From NCBI GenBank assembly GCA_046593875.1, contig JBKJQQ010000004.1:1-38127 (forward strand): a stretch of DNA of 38,127 nt. Reading direction: 5' to 3'. The position numbers and the translations under genes were made by a program. The DNA comes from Mycobacteriales bacterium (GTDB lineage: Bacteria > Actinomycetota > Actinomycetes > Mycobacteriales > SCTD01). Under the pieces are notes generated by a model. The model did not search any database. It was not told the DNA's origin and was given only the letters and a program-made list of their open reading frames with translations. Below are positions 33,452-38,127 of this stretch, in pieces. The number at the start of each line of letters is the position of its first letter. The first letter of the stretch is position 1.

Positions 33452-35239
33452 ATGCCCAGCACCTCCGGTCGGCCGCGCAGCGCCCCCGCCGGTGGTCGCG
33501 GGCGGCAGGTCCTTCTGACGGTCGTCCCAGCCTCCAGGTGGCTGCTGTCGTACCGCCGCGAGTTCCTGCGCCGCGACATCCCGGCAGGCCTTACCGTCGC
33601 GGTGCTGCTGATCCCCCAGTCGATGGCCTACGCCGCCCTGGCAGGGATGCCGCCCGAGGCGGGCCTCTACTCGGCGATCGTGTCTCTGCTGGTCTACGCC
33701 GCGCTCGGGAGCAGCAGCTTCATCTCCGTAGGACCGGTCGCGATCGACTCGCTCCTGGTCGCCGCGGCAGTCGGACCCCTCGCGCAGGGCGACACGACGC
33801 TGTACGTCGCCGCGGCCGGGGTGCTCGCCGTGATGACCGGGCTGATCCAGCTGGCTCTCGGGACGTTACGGCTCGGCGCCCTCGTCAACTTCCTCTCCGT
33901 GCCCGTCATCAGCGGCTTCACCTCGGCCGCGGCCATCACGATCGGCGCCAGCCAGGTCAAGGACCTGCTCGGTCTCGACGTGCCCAAGGGGCAGGGCAGC
34001 AGCTTCCTCGACACGCTCCGGGCGACGCTCGCTGCAGCGGACACCGTGCACGCGCTCACTGCGCTGATCGCCGGCATCACCCTCGTGACGCTGGTCGCTG
34101 CGCGGCGCCTCGTCCCCCGGGTGCCTGCCGCGCTCGTCGTCGTGGCGCTCTCGACGGCCGCCGTAGCCCTGCTGCGCCTGGACGCTGACGGCGTCACGAT
34201 CCTGGGCGAGGTACCTGCGGGCCTCCCGCGGCTCGTCGTCCCGAGCCTCGACGTCGACCTCGCCCGGCAGCTGCTGCCCGCCGCGTTGACCATTGCCGTG
34301 ATCTCGTACATGGAGAGCATCAGCACGGCCAAGGCCTTCGCCACCCGCACGCGCACGCGGGTGCAGCCCAACCAGGAGCTGCTGGCCGTCGGGGCAGCCA
34401 ACCTCGCCGCCGGGTTGTTCCGGGGCTTCTCCGTCGCCGGCGGGTTCTCCCGGGGCGCCGTCAACTTCCGCGCGGGCGCCAAGACGCAGCTGTCCGGCGT
34501 CACCGCAGCAGCCGTCCTGCTCGTGGCGGTCGCCTTCCTCACGCCGCTGTTCTTCTACCTGCCCAAAGCCGTCCTGGCCGCCGTGATCGTCGTCGCGGTC
34601 GCCTCCCTCGTCGACGTCCGCGGGGCCCGACGGATCCTGCGCGTGCAGCGGGCCGACGGGATCGGCCTGCTGGTGACCTTCTTCGCCACGCTCCTCGTCG
34701 GCGTCGCGCAAGGTCTGGCCGTGGGGGTGGCCGCCAGCCTGCTCGTCTTCATCGCCCGCACCGCTCGCCCGCACGTCGTCGAGGTGGGGCGCGTCAAGGG
34801 GACAGCGCGCTACCGCAACGTGGAGCGCTGGGCCACCCGCACCGACGACCGCGTCGCCATCCTGCGCATGGACGGCCCGCTGTACTTCGCCAACGCCCGC
34901 TTCTTCGAGCAGCGGGCGCAGGCGCTGGTCGGCGACCGGCCCCTCGTCGAGCACCTGGTCGTCGTGGCGAGCGGGATCGGCGACATCGACGCGAGCGGTA
35001 CGGAGCTGCTCATCGAGCTGGACGACGAGCTGAAGGACGGCGGGGTGCAGCTGCACCTGGTCACCGTTCGCGGCCCCGTGCGGGACACCCTGGCCAACAC
35101 CGACCTGTGGGAGGCGATGCTGACCTCCGGACGCATCCACACCACCATCGAGGCAGCGGTGCGCGCCATCGCTGGACCGAACGGGTCCCCGCTGCTCAAG
35201 CCCGACGACGAGGTCTCCTCGCCTGCGGACCTGGTCTGA
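33452..35239 (+). CDS. SulP-family anion transporter with a C-terminal STAS domain
   Basis: SulP N-terminal signature GLTVAVLLIPQSMAYAALAGMPPEAGLYSA. Multiple TMs. STAS-like C-terminus (VAILRMDGPLYFANARFF...IDASGTELLIELDDELKDGGVQLHLV). Confidence 0.85.
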   Translation: MPSTSGRPRSAPAGGRGRQVLLTVVPASRWLLSYRREFLRRDIPAGLTVAVLLIPQSMAYAALAGMPPEAGLYSAIVSLLVYAALGSSSFISVGPVAIDSLLVAAAVGPLAQGDTTLYVAAAGVLAVMTGLIQLALGTLRLGALVNFLSVPVISGFTSAAAITIGASQVKDLLGLDVPKGQGSSFLDTLRATLAAADTVHALTALIAGITLVTLVAARRLVPRVPAALVVVALSTAAVALLRLDADGVTILGEVPAGLPRLVVPSLDVDLARQLLPAALTIAVISYMESISTAKAFATRTRTRVQPNQELLAVGAANLAAGLFRGFSVAGGFSRGAVNFRAGAKTQLSGVTAAAVLLVAVAFLTPLFFYLPKAVLAAVIVVAVASLVDVRGARRILRVQRADGIGLLVTFFATLLVGVAQGLAVGVAASLLVFIARTARPHVVEVGRVKGTARYRNVERWATRTDDRVAILRMDGPLYFANARFFEQRAQALVGDRPLVEHLVVVASGIGDIDASGTELLIELDDELKDGGVQLHLVTVRGPVRDTLANTDLWEAMLTSGRIHTTIEAAVRAIAGPNGSPLLKPDDEVSSPADLV

Positions 35240-35291
35240 CAGCAGCCCTGTCGTCCATCGCCGAACCCACCCGCGTAGAGCAGGAGCAGCC

Positions 35292-35780
35292 TTGACCCCA
35301 CCCCCAGGTCCCGGCGCCGCGCCGCCCCCCCGTCCCCCGTTGCGAGACGGCGAGTGCGCCCGGCGGCTCGGCCGACAGCCGACGGAGAGCATCGAGGGCG
35401 GGTTCGCCGTGGTGCTCAACTGCATCGACGGGCGAGCCCAGCAACCCCTTCTGGACTGGGTGCGCTCCCAGTACGACGTCGACTACGCAGACGTCGTCAC
35501 CGAGCCCGGGATCGACGCCCTGCTCGCGGCAGCACCACCGACCGCGCGAGATGCCGTGCTGGACAAGGTGTGCGTGTCCCGACTGGCGCACCTGTCGTGC
35601 TACCTCGTGGTCGCCGGTCATCACGACTGCGCCGCCAACCCGGTGCCCCGCCCCGTGCACGAGGAGCAGATCCGCGTCGCCGTGGCTTGGCTGCGCACCG
35701 CCCTGCCCCGCTTCGAGGTCGCCGGGGTGTACCTGGACGAGACGTGGTCGGCCTGCCCCGTCGCCGACGGCACGGGTTGA
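35292..35780 (+). CDS. Small beta-carbonic-anhydrase-like protein (putative Zn site CxDxR...HxxC)
   Basis: The TTG start is preceded by an AGGAG SD 5 nt upstream. NCIDGR and VVAGHHDCAAN align conceptually with the beta-CA CxDxR and GHxxC zinc-ligand motifs. High GC3. The protein is much shorter than canonical beta-CAs. Confidence 0.5.
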   Translation: MTPPPGPGAAPPPRPPLRDGECARRLGRQPTESIEGGFAVVLNCIDGRAQQPLLDWVRSQYDVDYADVVTEPGIDALLAAAPPTARDAVLDKVCVSRLAHLSCYLVVAGHHDCAANPVPRPVHEEQIRVAVAWLRTALPRFEVAGVYLDETWSACPVADGTG

Positions 35781-35796
35781 GGGGAACCTGCGCGCC

Positions 35797-37011
35797 GTGC
35801 TGACCCCGGTCCCCGTGTGGCACGACGTCGTCCAGTCGCTGGTCCGGCCGCTGCCCGCCCGGCACGTGGCGCTCGCCGACGCAGAGGGTTGCCTGCTCGA
35901 GAGCGCCGTGTCCGCGCTGCACCCGTTGCCGCCGTTCGACGCCTCGGCGATGGACGGCTACGCGGTCCGGGCCGGCGACGTCCGGGGGGCCGGGCCGGCG
36001 CATCCGGTACGGCTGCGCGTCATCGCCTCCGCTCCCGCCGGCCACCCCGTCGGGGCGGTCGTCGGTGCCGGAGAGGCTGTCCGGATCCTGACCGGAGGGC
36101 AGCTGCCCCGCGGTGCCGATTCCGTCGTGGCCGTGGAGTCCACCGACGGCGGGCGGCAGGTGGTGGCCGTCCGCGAGGCCGTCGGGCCCGGCCGGCACGT
36201 CCGTCGGGCCGGCGAGGACCTGGCTCAGGGTGCTCACGTCCTCCTGCCGGGACGGGTCGTCGGCCCGGGACAGGTCGCCGCGGCCGCTGCGGCCGGGCAC
36301 GCCACCCTGCAGGTGGTGCCGCGACCACGGGTGGTGGTCGTGTCGACTGGCGACGAGCTCGTCGCACCCGGCGACCCGCTGGCGCCAGGCCAGCTGCCGG
36401 ACAGCAACGCCGCCGGGCTGGCCGCGGCGGTCCGTCTCGCGGGTGGCCGAGCCACCGTCCTGCGATGCGGGGACGACCCGCGGCTGCTCCGCCGGTTGCT
36501 GGCTCAGGCAGCAACGACCGCAGACCTCGTGCTCACCAGCGGAGGCATCAGCGCCGGTGAGGAGAACGACGTCGTCAAGGCCGCGCTGACAGGCGGTCCG
36601 GTGCGGTTCGTGAACGTCGCCATGCAGCCGGGCTCGCCCCAGGCGGCGGGCACCGTCGACGGAGTTCCCTTCGTCGGGTTGCCCGGCAACCCGGTCTCAG
36701 CGTTCGTGTCCTTCACCGTCTTCGTCCGCCCCCTGCTGCGATGCTTGCGCGGATTGGGCCCGGAGCCGGCGGCAGGCCCGGTCGAGCTGACGGCTCCTGT
36801 CGACCCCCATCCGGTGAAGACGCGCTACGTCGGCGCCAGGTGGGTCGCCGATGGCGGCCGCTCCAAGGCGGCGCCGCACCCGCGCCAAGGCAGCCACCTG
36901 ATGACGCTGCTCGCCGACGCGGACCTGCTGCTCGAGCTCGCACCCGGGGCGCAGCCGCACGCAGCGGGCTCCCTCGTCCCCGCTCGCCGCCTCGATGGCG
37001 ACACGAGCTAG
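35797..37011 (+). CDS. moeA: Molybdopterin molybdenumtransferase
   Basis: PPFDASAMDGYAV, VLTSGGISAGEENDVV and GLPGNPVSAFV are hallmark MoeA blocks. The GTG 35797 start lies within track ORF 35551..37011. Confidence 0.85.
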   Translation: MLTPVPVWHDVVQSLVRPLPARHVALADAEGCLLESAVSALHPLPPFDASAMDGYAVRAGDVRGAGPAHPVRLRVIASAPAGHPVGAVVGAGEAVRILTGGQLPRGADSVVAVESTDGGRQVVAVREAVGPGRHVRRAGEDLAQGAHVLLPGRVVGPGQVAAAAAAGHATLQVVPRPRVVVVSTGDELVAPGDPLAPGQLPDSNAAGLAAAVRLAGGRATVLRCGDDPRLLRRLLAQAATTADLVLTSGGISAGEENDVVKAALTGGPVRFVNVAMQPGSPQAAGTVDGVPFVGLPGNPVSAFVSFTVFVRPLLRCLRGLGPEPAAGPVELTAPVDPHPVKTRYVGARWVADGGRSKAAPHPRQGSHLMTLLADADLLLELAPGAQPHAAGSLVPARRLDGDTS

Positions 37012-37092
37012 AAAAGTCCGGACAACCCTTGCGGAACCCCGGCGTCACCGCCTAGCGTCCGGCCGAGGCTGTCGCCGCTCGAAGGGAATCGG

Positions 37093-38127
37093 ATGCACCC
37101 CGTGGAACAGCAGGAACGCCCGGTCCGCTGGCTCAAGGTCCTCGACCAGACCAAGTGCATCGGCTGCCACGCCTGCACGACGGCCTGCAAGAGCGAGAAC
37201 GAGGTGCCTGTCGGCGTGACCCGGACCTACGTCAAGTCCGTCGACGTCGGGGTGTTCCCGCAGGTCCGCCGAGCCTTCCAGGTGACCCGCTGCAACCAGT
37301 GCACCGACGCACCCTGCGTCACCGCGTGCCCGACGCAGGCGATGTACAAGCGACCCGACGGGATCGTCGACTTCGACAAGGACATCTGCATCGGCTGCAA
37401 GGCGTGCATGGCCGCCTGCCCGTACGACGCGATCTTCATCAACCCCGAGGACCACTCCGCGGAGAAGTGCAACCTGTGCGCGCACCGCATCGACGTCGGC
37501 CTCGAGCCGGCCTGCGTCACGGTGTGCCCGACCGAGGCCATCCTGGTCGGCGACCTGAACGACCCCACGTCGAAGGTGGCAAAAGCCGTCCAGCGGCAGC
37601 CGGCCCTGGTGCGGCGCCCGGAGAAGGAGACCGGCCCGGGCGTGTTCTACCTGGGCGCGCACCAAGCCACGCTCGACCCGCTGGGCGCCACCCGCCCGGA
37701 CGGCGGCCTCTACGCCTGGGCCACCCAGGGTCAGCCAGGCCCGCAGCTGGTGCCCTCCGGGCACCCGGACCGAGCCCGCTCGTCGGCAGCGGCGCTGCTG
37801 TCCTACGACATCCCGCACTTCGCCCCGTGGGGGTGGCGGGTCAGCCTCTACACCTGGACCAAGAGCATCGCGGCCGGCGCCTTCCTGGTCGCGGTCGTGA
37901 TGGCGCTGGTCGGTCTGCTGGACTTCGGCGACGACACCGTCCGCTTCGCCGCGCCGCTGCTTGCGCTCGCCTTCCTCGGCGTCACCGGCGTGCTGCTCAT
38001 CTGGGACCTCAAGCACCCGACGCGCTTCTACCTGATCTTCACCCGGCACCACTGGAAGAGCTGGCTGGTCCGCGGGTCCTTCATCATCGGGGCCTACGGC
38101 GCCCTGGTCGTGGCCTACCTCGGTGCC
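37093..38127 (+). CDS. Four-cluster 4Fe-4S ferredoxin-type subunit fused to an NrfD/PsrC-like membrane domain (partial; continues past the window)
   Basis: Not in the ORF track because it has no stop in the window. ATG 37093 has a GAAGGGA SD. The frame stays open for 345 codons to the window edge. Cys clusters: CIGCHACTTAC, CNQCTDAPCVTACP, CIGCKACMAACP, CNLCAHRIDVGLEPACVTVCP. Hydrophobic helices follow (WRVSLYTWTKSIAAGAFLVAVVMALVGLL...). The 335-aa minus-strand ORF at 37045..38052 is its shadow. Confidence 0.8.
   Translation, partial: MHPVEQQERPVRWLKVLDQTKCIGCHACTTACKSENEVPVGVTRTYVKSVDVGVFPQVRRAFQVTRCNQCTDAPCVTACPTQAMYKRPDGIVDFDKDICIGCKACMAACPYDAIFINPEDHSAEKCNLCAHRIDVGLEPACVTVCPTEAILVGDLNDPTSKVAKAVQRQPALVRRPEKETGPGVFYLGAHQATLDPLGATRPDGGLYAWATQGQPGPQLVPSGHPDRARSSAAALLSYDIPHFAPWGWRVSLYTWTKSIAAGAFLVAVVMALVGLLDFGDDTVRFAAPLLALAFLGVTGVLLIWDLKHPTRFYLIFTRHHWKSWLVRGSFIIGAYGALVVAYLGA

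Noticed and set aside
37012-37092. A Moco riboswitch between moeA and the Fe-S/NrfD gene (…GCCGCTCGAAGGGAATCGGATG loosely recalls the 3' end of the Moco motif).
   Set aside because: The gap is only 81 nt, shorter than the motif as I remember it. I cannot reconstruct its conserved junction by eye. An Infernal scan with RF01055 over 36900-37110 would settle it.

Overview
Very GC-rich segment; third codon positions are almost all G/C. Gene content looks actinobacterial: desA3 with its Rv3230c-type reductase, an Acg-family nitroreductase, tandem USP, and BlaI/BlaR1. I support about 35 protein genes, and most true starts lie inside the longer ORF-track entries. Many junctions overlap as ATGA or GTGA.

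Contents, left to right:
1. A decayed mobile-DNA patch: possible transposase remnant, a 22-bp perfect inverted repeat, and two abutting microsatellites.
2. A five-gene operon on the minus strand (TetR, two-domain rhodanese, AhpD-like CxxC protein, SAM methyltransferase, alpha/beta hydrolase). It sits behind a 24-bp perfect palindrome.
3. A triple-frameshifted tyrosine integrase, followed by a sulfide/persulfide module: an ArsR-rhodanese fusion regulator, a divergent MBL-rhodanese-rhodanese protein and an MFS transporter. A truncated tRNA 5' half follows about 1.5 kb to the right. Together these may be a fossil island.
4. BlaI and M56/BlaR1, divergent from an ABC ATPase, ABC-2 permease, lipoprotein and a DedA::PAP2 fusion.
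5. A PAS-GAF-PP2C phosphatase.
6. desA3 plus reductase, divergent from a PlsC acyltransferase, with a 12-7-12 perfect palindrome between them.
7. A dormancy-type cluster (PPOX-like, Acg nitroreductase, tandem USP, SHOCT) with a DosR-box-like palindrome.
8. An ECF sigma and ZAS anti-sigma, divergent from a 798-aa secreted Ig-like protein.
9. A GNAT::AAA+ fusion.
10. A second sulfur locus: a paralogous MBL-rhodanese divergent from SulP, a miniature beta-carbonic-anhydrase-like protein, MoeA, and a 4Fe-4S::NrfD-like fusion. The last gene runs off the window and is missing from the ORF track.

By my reading, four proteins carry seven rhodanese domains. The candidates I consider most likely to be uncharacterised systems are the two rhodanese-centred loci, the BlaI/BlaR1-controlled DedA::PAP2 module, and the GNAT::AAA+ fusion. 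No rRNA, intact tRNA or CRISPR array was seen. All family assignments rest on motifs read by eye; no searches were run.
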